Positions 54,267 to 64,000 of a stretch of DNA of 64,000 nt are shown here, piece after piece. Each line of letters begins with the position of its first letter. The first letter of the stretch is position 1. The notes below the pieces were generated by a model, which saw nothing but the letters and a program-made list of their open reading frames with translations, was not told where the DNA came from and searched no databases. Made by a program: the position numbers and the translations under genes. Source of the DNA: Antedon mediterranea (taxonomy: Eukaryota; Animalia; Echinodermata); contig NC_092673.1 of NCBI RefSeq assembly GCF_964355755.1, forward strand, positions 6,820,001-6,884,000, in the 5' to 3' direction.

Positions 54267-54422
54267 CTCTTCTTGTTCCATTGTTGCCAATGTTTCTTCA
54301 AGGCCTTTATCTCCTAGTTCTTCCATCAATTTCAGCAGTTTTTCTTCGCATGTGGCCAGCAGATCCAGAACGTACTCATCTGAATCAGGTGATACTTGAG
54401 CTTGTGGCACATGACCTTTATT
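54267..54422 (-). CDS. ODAD3: ODAD3 exon
   Basis: 156 nt, phase 0/0; NKGHVPQ..DEYVLDLLATCEEKLLKL. Confidence 0.92.
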
Positions 54423-54489
54423 CTACAACAAAAATATAAACATAGTCAATTCAAAAGTAAAAATGTATGAGTTGATGGTTTTTTTTCTT

Positions 54490-55021
54490 TCACCTTATTT
54501 ATTATAGAGGGTGACCCTAAAGAGCGTATAGTGACAATCAAGGGGTTCTCTCTTGATGAATGACAGTGGCTGTGTGTATGCTGGACACCGAGGTAAGATT
54601 TACTAGGTTCTTTAAAATGCACATGAGCCAGATGTTTACACTGGACCTATGGTTTATAGTCTTTACCCAAGAAGAATCATTTTACTACAAGCACCAACAA
54701 TGGAGCGAATGAGGCTTGAACCCTTGCCATTTTTTTTACCATATTTAATGAGGGTGATCCATCCAGCTATTGCTGACCCTTAGAGGTTCACAAGACAAAC
54801 ATATACACAAGATGCTCTACATAAACAAAGTCTTATACAAGTCTTTGGGAGTGGAGTAATTTGGTCCTTAGAAAAAATACTGACATGTGCTGGGACTTGA
54901 ACCCAGGAACCTTGGAGTGGTAGTCAAGCATCATAACCACCAAGCCACAACTCCACTCCTAGTGTTAATATGGCAAGGTACTACGGTTCCACTGTCTTAA
55001 CCGCTTGGCCACTCACTCGCT
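54490..55021 (-). mobile_element. tRNA-derived SINE (DeuSINE-like) hosting a second SINE
   Basis: A box TGGCCAAGCGG, B box GGTTCAAGCC, same core as the 18.3 and 36.7 kb copies. Confidence 0.7.
54730..54960 (-). mobile_element. Nested tRNA-derived SINE of a different family
   Basis: GTGGCTTGGTGGTTA...GGGTTCAAGTCCCAG head and A-rich tail. Confidence 0.7.
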
Positions 55022-56702
55022 CTTTCCATATGCTAGTTAGTGTGATAAAGGTGTGAGAATGAGTAGAAAGTTGTGTTTAGGCTTTTTACTACATACAATA
55101 CTACTATTGTTTAGGGATATTGCTAACTTGCACAAGTGACCAAAAAAAAATGCATAAATTTCTCCAAACCATTTAAAAATATCAAGTCTTTTCACTAAAT
55201 GTGAGAAAATATAATTAATGTTAGTATGATTTTTCGTTTTATTTGTATTTTTTGTTTTTTTATATGGAATTTGTTATTCTGAAATAAATTGATCAATATG
55301 GGCTAATATAATAGGCTAACCCATGAAAATTTATGGGGGAAAAAAATTGAAACGGATGTAATTTTGGATTTTATTTGTAAATTTCATAACTTTTCTTTTG
55401 TGTTTTAACAAGAAATTATCTTTCATATCCATTTAGGACGTAGAAAATTACCATACTTTTATCTGTCAATTTCATTAACATTGTCCAGATTACTGTATAT
55501 AATAATAATTTGCATACCAATAATTCATACCAATTATAATACTATTTCACGGACATTTAATTTTATGATCCTTATGTAATAATGATAATTTGTTTTTTAA
55601 ATGCATATGGAAAGACAATTATTATTATTAATTTTAATTACATATATCACAGGTGTTGTAAATGAAGATATATTTTATAAAGTAAAGAAATATAAATGGT
55701 TTATAGTCCTAATTCTTTGTTCACTGTAGTGTTACCACCAGAAAAATATACGGTTAGAGAATTTAAATGATGATTAGGCCTCGATTACAGCTAATATTTT
55801 TCTTATTGAATTGATTTGAATTTATCACTTTATATTTCAGAACAAATAACACAATTAACAGAAAATCACACTAGAATCGGATTTTCCCACAATTAGAGAT
55901 TTGAAGATCGTAACAAATAGTTCATAGTACACCTAACAAGATCATTTATTTTATTTTTGTTATTAAAAATACATTCACTTAATACAGGTAATGTATTTTC
56001 TTTATTTATTCTCTTTCTTTTTCCTTTCTGTGATCGACTGTTTGTTGTTGACTCTGTATTTAGAGCAAGAGCAGCTGAACTTTTTCCAACGTTTTTCTGC
56101 CGCCATCACTTTATTCTTGTAATCGACGTTTGTTACTATATTTGAAACATGTTAGAGCACGTGATCAACTAGACTTGTAAAAAAGTTATTAATAGAAGTT
56201 ACATACCTAGTTAATCGAGGTTCAATTGTAACTTACCATGACTCTACTTTATCATGAAATATTTCTATTCATATTCGCTGTTAATGGCATTAACAGGGTA
56301 AAAACAAAATATCAATGAATTTAACAAAAACAAGGCAGAAAAAAAAATTCCATATACAGTCGCAGCGAGCTCCACGTCCAGGGAAATGCAAATCAGCACT
56401 CAACAAATCTGGTAGTATCTCTGATAGTACTTTACTAAAGGGTCTTTCACCTGCTCTGGCACAGTTTCAACAAATCAAATCGAACATCAATGTTTAGTTT
56501 TTCATATGGATTGGTGCAAAGCCGCGTGGAGTGTTGTGAAAATGAAACATTCACATTTCATTTGATTTGCCGGACCGGAACCGTGCCGTAACAAGTGTGA
56601 AAGAGCCTTTAAGGAGGTATGTCCTGAAACCCTTTAAGGAGGTACTGTATGTCCTGAAAAAACAACAGAATATCTAGTAGAACACAAGTACAGTATACTC
56701 AC

Positions 56703-56859
56703 AGCCTTGAGATGCTGTAACTTATCAGCAAGGTGTTCCACTCCAGACTTGACACTAACAAGTATTTTACTGCACTTATCCAGCTTTGTCTTTGAAATAT
56801 CTCGTCGGTCTTCTTCTGACTTCAAGTGGCTCTGGAATTCCTCCAGCATTCGTTGACCA
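56703..56859 (-). CDS. ODAD3: ODAD3 exon
   Basis: 157 nt, phase 2 to 0; GQRMLEEFQ..VKSGVEHLADKLQHLKA. Confidence 0.93.
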
Positions 56860-56902
56860 CTAAAAACAATTCATCATTTAAATTATTATCATAATTTGCA
56901 TA

Positions 56903-57204
56903 CAGTGAATTCTCCAAATATCAGACACCCTTAATATGTCTGGTTTTCTAACAATTCTGGTATTCTGCATTAAAAAAAAATTGTAGTTTACAAATCTAAA
57001 ATTACCAGTGAACTAGTAACTGAATAGACTGCATTATACACCATTTGTTTTTATCATTGATGTTATGCTTTGCACCAGAATTGTGTTTGAGAAAGCTTTA
57101 TTTTAAGAAAAGTCTGGTTTGGAAGAAGTTGACAAAACTGAATAAAGAATGAATTGACCCGAGTTTCTGGTTTTCAGATGGTCTGGGATTGGGAGATTCG
57201 ACTG
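56903..57204. mobile_element. Degenerate Tc1/pogo-type MITE
   Basis: TA-CAGTGAATTCTCC...GGGAGATTCGACTG. Confidence 0.55.
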
Positions 57205-57385
57205 CAATATAATTAATTACAAAACTGTAAAATGTTGTAATTTATATTAATTGAAATGAATGTTTTGATTTTTTGGGGCGGAGGAAAATAGTGATTTTTA
57301 AGACTGCTCGAAAACAGTGACAGCGCCCTCAGTATTTTAATATCAAGAGATAACAAACTTTCTATAGAAATATCTAATTTGGTAC

Positions 57386-57546
57386 CTGGACAATTTAGCT
57401 TCTCCTGAGTATTTCATCTCTTCAAACTCCTGTTGCATTTTTGCTTTGTCTTCTTTCAATCTCACCAGTTGTTTCTCACCTCCTTCCTTTAACTCTTGCA
57501 GATGTTTAGTGGTGTCGCCTTGAGACTCAAATCTTAGCACTACTTC
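57386..57546 (-). CDS. ODAD3: ODAD3 exon
   Basis: 161 nt, phase 0 to 2; EVVLRFESQGDT..EEMKYSGEAKLS. Confidence 0.93.
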
Positions 57547-58309
57547 CTAAAATAAAAAAATGGTTAAATAAAGGTTTTAAATTTACAAACGCAAAAAAAG
57601 TCTTGAAGCACTGTGAAAACAAGAGAAAGGTAAAATGTCAGCACCCAAGTATGGGAATATGCCACCACTCCTAACCAATTTCTTTTAGCACCAGTAAGGT
57701 TGAGTCTTGGTCTTGCAGGAGCTACATAACTTTCTAAATTAGAAAAGCTATAGAAACAGGGAGGCATAAACAACAACCAATGACTTTAAACATTTTAAAC
57801 AATTAAAAAGTCCTTTTTTTGGGAGACTTTTTGGCTTTTATTTAGAAGAATATACATAATATTCTATTTTTTTTTCACTCATTTTAATTCAAAAAGATAA
57901 ACAGAAATTTCACATATTTAACTAAACAGAAATAAATATTGCATCTATACAGTATATAATAAGTTGCCTATTCAAATATATCAAAAATTAATTCTTTACA
58001 GTATATATTTTTATATATTTATGTCTGTTTATTCTTCAGGTTATTTTTTTAAAGATTTTTGAAAGTGTTAAAATAATCTAGATAGAAGTTATCAACATAC
58101 CATTAAAGTAATGAATAAATCATCTTTATATATTTTAATAAAACACCCGATCAATGAACAGAGTAATCAATCACTCAATCAATAAAAGATACACATTATT
58201 TTTAGCTATGAAATACATCAAAATTTGTATGAATAAGGACTGAAGATGAATGAATAAACGACATGTATTAAATAAAAATGTCATTAAGAGACTGAGTAAA
58301 TGGTTGAGT

Positions 58310-59670
58310 TGAGTTAATGAATGTGAAGGTATGTGAAAGAATAATGATGTATGAATGAAGAGATTAAATAAAGGAATAAATACTGAATGATGAATGAATG
58401 TGAAGGTATGTGGAAGAATAATGATGTATGAATGAAGAGATTAAATGAAGGAATAAATACTGAATGGTGAATGAATGTGAAGGTATGTGGAAGAATAATG
58501 ATGTATGAATGAAGAGATTAAATGAAGGAATAAAGAATGATGAATGAATGTGAAGGTATGTGAAAGAATAATGATGTATGAATGAAGAGATTAAATGAAG
58601 GAATACATACTGAATGATGAATGAATGTGAAGGTATGTGGAAGAATAATGATGTATGAATGAAGAGATTAAATGAAGGAATAAAGAATGATGAATGAATG
58701 TGAAGGTATGTGGAAGAATAATGATGTATGAACAAAGAGATTAAATGAAGGAATACAGAATGATGAATGAATGTGAAGGTATGTGGAAGAATAATGATGT
58801 ATGAATGAAGTGAATAAATAAAGGAATACAGAATGATGAATGAATGTGAAGGTATGTGGAAGAATAATGATATATGAATGAAGAGATTAAATGAAGGAAC
58901 AAATACTGAATGATGAATGAATGTGAAGGTATGTGGAAGAATAATGATGTATGAATGAAGAGATTAAATGAAGGAATACAGAATGATGAATGAATGTGAA
59001 GGTATGTGAAAGAATAATGATGTATGAATGAAGAGATTAAATGAAGGAATAAATACTGAATGATGAATGAATGTGAAGGTATGTGGAAGAATAATGATGT
59101 ATGAATGAAGAGATTAAATGAAGGAATACAGAATGATGAATGAATGTGAAGGTATGTGGAAGAATAATGATGTATGAATGAAGAGATTAAATTAAGGAAT
59201 ACAGAATGATGAATGAATGTGAAGGTATGTGGAAGAATAATGATGTATGAATGAAGAGATTAAATGAAGGAATACAGAATGATGAATGAATGTGAAGGTA
59301 TGTGGAAGAATAATGATGTATGAATGAAGAGATTAAATGAAGGAATAAATACTGAATGATGAATGAATGTGAAGGTATGTGGAAGAATAATGATGTATGA
59401 ATGAAGAGATTAAATGAAGGAATAAATACTGAATGATGAATGAATGTGAAGGTATGTGGAAGAATAATGATGTATGAATGAAGTGAATAAATGAAGGAAT
59501 ACAGAATGATGAATGAATGTGAAGGTATGTGGAAGAATAATGATGTATGAATGAAGAGATTAAATGAAGGAATAAATACTGAATGATGAATGAATGTGAA
59601 GGTATGTGGAAGAATAATGATGTATGAATGAAGAGATTAAATGAAGGAATAAATACTGAATGATGAATGA
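58310..59670. repeat. Intronic satellite, 73/77-bp units, about 18 copies, strongly strand-asymmetric
   Basis: GAATGATGAATGAATGTGAAGGTATGTGGAAGAATAATGATGTATGAATGAAGAGATTAAATGAAGGAATA(CA/AATACT). Confidence 0.97.
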
Positions 59671-59798
59671 AATGAGTGAATAAGAAAATGAAGAATGAAC
59701 TGTGAGAGTATGTGAAAGAAAATGTAATTAGATAAGGAATAATAAATGAAGTGAGCGAATAAAGGAGATAAAAACAACAATTGTGCCCTCTTGTTTAC

Positions 59799-59942
59799 CT
59801 CAAGATCTGAGACTCCAGTAGCTTCTTTGATTGTCAGGAAAGCTTCTTCATATGTACTTATCTTCTTTTCTTGTTCTTCACCACTTATCAACTGTTTCAA
59901 TTCTGACGTCAACTCATCCTGTTGCATTGATGAGCGTTGGAG
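59799..59942 (-). CDS. ODAD3: ODAD3 exon
   Basis: 144 nt, phase 0/0; LQRSSMQQDEL..YEEAFLTIKEATGVSDLE. Confidence 0.93.
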
Positions 59943-60403
59943 CTGTAACGGAACGACAGAGAGACAGGGTAAAAATGTATACTTTAATTCTTTTAAATTT
60001 ATATACTGTATTTATTTGAATAAACAACGCCCAAGGAAATTTTCTTAGGGGACGTTTATTCAAGTGAGGGGTGTATTTTTTGGGTGTAATTGGTAACACG
60101 TATAATCAAACGAATACCCGCTAAGATATTAAAAAATACAACACAATTAGTATCAAAAAGTTATGAAATACAGCAAAAAATTATAAAAATGTATAATATA
60201 TTTCTTTTAATACACCATATTTATTTGAATAAATGACTCTGAGGGGAAGGTTTTTAGGGAGGGGGAAGTTGTTATTTGCTGGAGGGGTTTACATGAGATA
60301 GCCATTTTATAATCAAACAAAATCCCCCTAAGATATTGAAAAATGCAACAAAATTAATATCAAGAAAATAAAATACAGCAACAAATTGTAAATAAATTCT
60401 TAC

Positions 60404-60529
60404 TCTTCGTTGTTCCACTCTTTCAGCATGCGCCTTCTTTTCTTCTGCCTGTTTCTTTAGTATTGCCAATGCTTCTTCTCTCTCCCTTCGTTCCCGATAC
60501 ACAGTCTCTTCATGTTTGGACAATTCAGC
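60404..60529 (-). CDS. ODAD3: ODAD3 exon
   Basis: 126 nt, phase 0/0; AELSKHEETVYRERRERE..KKQAEEKK. Confidence 0.93.
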
Positions 60530-61083
60530 CTTTATACAAAATCAAAGTAAAAATCAATGCGAAACAAAAACACACAGTTAATTGGACCCTTGGACACTGA
60601 ATTACAATAATGCATGTACTGTACACATCAACATGTATCTGTGCTCATTTAATAATTAAACCATCAGAAAAAAATAGTTTTGTAACGGCTTATAAAACAA
60701 AGATTAAAAAAACTTATAACAAATAATAACAAACAATATTTGAGATATAAAACCAACCCAATTCTCGGTACTGTATCTAGATTTCCCCCGTAAAATAATA
60801 AAATTCTTTAATACAGGATCATGTGTGTTTCACATGTATCGCCAGTATCATATACCATAACCTAACCTTTAACCTATCCTTACATGATACAGGCACCACA
60901 GGTACAATGATACACATTAGAAATGCTGATATTACAGTTATGATACTGGGGGCAAGTATCTCGCTTAAAGTAAATAGGATTCACCCCAAATTGGTACTCA
61001 CATTGATATTATTTATAAATACAGGGAATAAAGGAAAATAGCTAATAAGAAATAGCTTGATATATCTCTTTAGAAATCAGTAC

Positions 61084-61311
61084 CTTTGCTGTGTCTCTTG
61101 AAATCTGAGCATCTCTGTTCATTGCTTGCAACTCCTCTAGTTCCTGCTTTTGTTGCGCAATCTCGGCTTCCAACGAATCAAGGTCATTGCCAAAGGTCAG
61201 ACTGTCCTTTATCATCTGGTCTTGTATGGAGTGGTACGTCTGATTAATGTGCTCGGCCTCGTTTAGTTTCAAGATCGCTTTATCAAGTCTGTTTTCGAGT
61301 GACCTTAAAGC
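61084..61311 (-). CDS. ODAD3: ODAD3 exon
   Basis: 228 nt, phase 0/0; ALRSLENRLDKA..EAEHI..LDSLEAEI..RDTAK. Confidence 0.94.
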
Positions 61312-61583
61312 CTGCATGAAAAATAAAAGAGGAGAAAATATAACAGTTGCAACATACAGTATGTTTGATCTTCCATTTTTTCATATACATATTCGCAACC
61401 TTGATAAGGGAACGCTATCAATTACCAGCACAGTGTACTGCAATTGGTCAGTTAATTACCAATCCAAGTACATAAGCACACAACAACTTAAAACATCTCA
61501 AAAACAGGTTTTTTTATAGTGTGTTTTCCCTGATTTAACTTGGTCTTCTGTGAACTTCCCACAAATCAAATTCACACTACACA

Positions 61584-61741
61584 AGCTCTGTTAAAACTTT
61601 TTATTCATTTCTGTCTACACTATCAAACTAGTTTGACAAAAAAGTGTGATATGCCCAAATATGGTAGTAATATGACATCATGTCCATATGGGCACATCAC
61701 ATTTTTGTTGTCACATAAAGTTTGAAAGTGTAGTCAGAGCT
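61584..61741. mobile_element. Family A MITE, left TIR interrupted, ending about 18 bp from a splice donor
   Basis: AGCTCTG[about 20 bp]CTGTCTACACTATCAAACT...GTGTAGTCAGAGCT-TTA. Confidence 0.8.
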
Positions 61742-61759
61742 TTAGAAGTAGTAATATAC

Positions 61760-61939
61760 CATTGCTTCATCTGATGTGCCATCAGCCAGGCTATCAGCGT
61801 CTGAAGCGTCTTTCTTCATTTGAGCTAGTTGCGTCTGATACTCAACATACTTTTTCTCTTTCAAATTTGTTTTTGATTTTTCTGCATTTAACAACTTCTT
61901 TGCTTCACAAACTTTCTGATCCATTACAAGAATAGCTTC
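61760..61939 (-). CDS. ODAD3: ODAD3 exon
   Basis: 180 nt, phase 0/0; EAILVMDQKVCEAKKLLNA..DEAM. Confidence 0.92.
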
Positions 61940-62086
61940 CTAAAAATATAAAAATTAATAAAATTTATTACAAAGATAAACATTGCCTAGATACAAGGTA
62001 CTGTATATGTCATTGTCCATTATAAATTGATACATATACATGCAAAATATATTTTATTTTTGGCTTATTCATCCAGGGTATAAACA

Positions 62087-62180
62087 AACAAGGCCAACAG
62101 CCATAAGTCGTGTGCTAAAACGCATAGTGACAGACAGACAGACATAGTGAACTATAGAGTTGCGTCCACGCGACTAAAAA
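62087..62180 (-). mobile_element. Minimal Helentron-type (DINE-1-like) element, about 95 bp
   Basis: Subterminal inverted repeats AGTCGTGTG / CACGCGACT, (GACA)n microsatellite, short hairpin, A-run flanks. Confidence 0.5.
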
Positions 62181-62356
62181 CAAGTTAGATACAAAAAGAA
62201 TTAACCCTGTTAGGCCAAAACTTCTCAGATACGGCTAGGACTATATCGTAGGTTGAGTGTACACATAATGCTCATTTTCACTTTTGAGATGAGTAGAGAT
62301 GGCCTTAACACGGTAACAAAATCTCAAAATGTTAATAAAAACTTAGTTTGTCATAC

Positions 62357-62556
62357 TTTTCCAGATTTTCCTCGAAGTGCTGCTCGTTCAACCATGTGGT
62401 TGTCAAAAGCCGTGCTTATCACACGTTCATCTCCTGCTTTACTCTCCGCTAGTTTACGATGAAGCTGTTTGTTTTCTTTACGCATTTTACTTATGGTCTC
62501 ACGATTCTGGCTCATCGTCCATTGTGAGCTCTCGTAGTATGCTTTACGGTCACCAT
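62357..62556 (-). CDS. ODAD3: ODAD3 exon (most 5' in window)
   Basis: 200 nt, phase 1 to 0; DGDRKAYYESSQW matches CCDC151 EGDRKAFFESSQW as recalled. Confidence 0.94.
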
Positions 62557-62660
62557 CTGTGAACAAAATACAGTATAATCAATTATTTGTTATTGTTTAT
62601 TCATTATGTACCTCTCCCAGCGTTGTAAAGTGGGTCATACAATTGAAAAATGCATTATAT

Positions 62661-64000
62661 AACTAGACATGAAACTCGTCACTTTGACGAGTTAGTTATC
62701 CGCACGACAGATGCCACGTGCACGTCATACGTTAAAAACTATAATAAGAGGTGGTCCTGTATTTTCGCCTTGTAGCCTATTATAATTATACAGTACACTG
62801 TGTATAAAAGGAGACATTAATTCTACATGATACAGAGGGCGGCAAACAACAATTTGCTCACATCAGAGACTATGCTGGTGTACATTGTACTACTGTATTA
62901 TTATATGACATATTAACTGAATTATGGGACCTGCCTTTAATTCAAATATTTAACATGATGACGTCATAAAAAAAACAACACAACGATAGCAATTTCTGAA
63001 GAAAATTATCTTAGCAACAACATATTAACGTGTAGAAGAAATTTGAATACGTAAAATGTTGGTGCGCGCACATTTAAATGTGATGAACTATTACGCAAAA
63101 TATGAAAATACGACTTTTTTTATTCAACTGGCAATATGATGACGTCACAACATCCGATTGGCAAAATGTTTACATGAATTCGTATCTACAATCCTATAGC
63201 TTCCAGAAAACGTTTTAATCGTGATTATCACATTTTATTCTTACGAGCTATTACAGATTAAAATTTACTGTAAAGATGAAATTAATGACCCACGTAATTA
63301 AAATTTTTAGGCATGATGACGTTATAAAAATTAAAATATTTTTATCTCATGCTAAAGAAAGTTGATTAACCTAGACAATATATAAATATAGAAGAAAAAG
63401 AAATACAGATAAGCGTGATGCGCTCCATTGAATGTGATGAGCAATAACGAAACAGACAAAAATCCTATATTTTACATTCGTGTGGCCATACGATTACGTC
63501 ACAATGTTTTTTTAGCCTTATCGATGCATGATCCGATATCTGCAACTCATCAACTTCTAGATTTTGTAATAAAAATAAACGGTTCACGGTTTACTTTAGA
63601 AACTATGACTGTTTAAAAAAAGACATTATTTTGATGATTTTTTAAGCTTTTTCTTAAAAAACGCGCACAAATTGTCTAATTCAACGTGTTCGTATGGCGT
63701 TATTTAAACTGGAAAAGTTCTAAATTTTTTTCAAAATTACTAGGAAAGGCTTGAAAAATATAATTCAAGAGAAAAAAATATGTTTTTATCGCTACGTGCG
63801 CACCGCATGCGTAAAAAATCGCGCGCCCGTGGGAATTTTTGACATGCTCAAAATGACATGAAACGCGTAAAAAGTTGATTAGAAATTAATTTTGCGCATT
63901 TTGAAATTTTAAATGCGCGTGCGCGCGTAACTTCTTGTGAAACATGCCATTTTTAATCCGTAGAAAGTTGGCCCCTGATATGACTTAAATTTTGTCAAAG
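62661..64000 (-). mobile_element. Helentron-type element running off the window
   Basis: AACTAG terminus with hairpin AACTCGTC-acttt-GACGAGTT; CpG-rich body with ATGATGACGTCA subrepeats. Confidence 0.55.

Noticed and set aside
9262-55021. Functional tRNA genes at 9.3, 15.2, 54.9 and 55.0 kb
   Set aside because: Only A/B boxes with broken stems, embedded in repeats; SINE-derived
58364-58735. 123-aa His/Phe/Ser-rich ORF
   Set aside because: Translation of the satellite

Overview
AT-rich eukaryotic DNA, probably an invertebrate deuterostome such as an echinoderm (inferred from repeat types, not proven). No prokaryotic features. The right half (35.8-62.6 kb, minus strand) holds ten phase-consistent coding exons of the outer dynein arm docking gene ODAD3/CCDC151 plus a candidate 15-nt microexon; exon 1 appears to lie beyond the window. 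Its last intron carries an antisense, near-full-length L2-group LINE. The LINE has a duplicated 5' end, an intact L1-type ORF1, and an APE-RT ORF2 split by a TTAA-flanked Kolobok-like MITE; a second, inverted MITE copy lies 1.8 kb away. The left 35 kb has no convincing long ORF. It is CpG-richer, with minisatellites, MITEs, SINEs, Helentron-type elements, a Penelope-type hammerhead remnant and a possible first exon of an unidentified gene. The most unusual signal is a layered record of transposon excision scars: TA-CAG/CTG-TA, TA-GGCC-TA and 16+16-bp P-element-like footprints, several with matching empty sites inside the window. All counts and alignments were made by eye.
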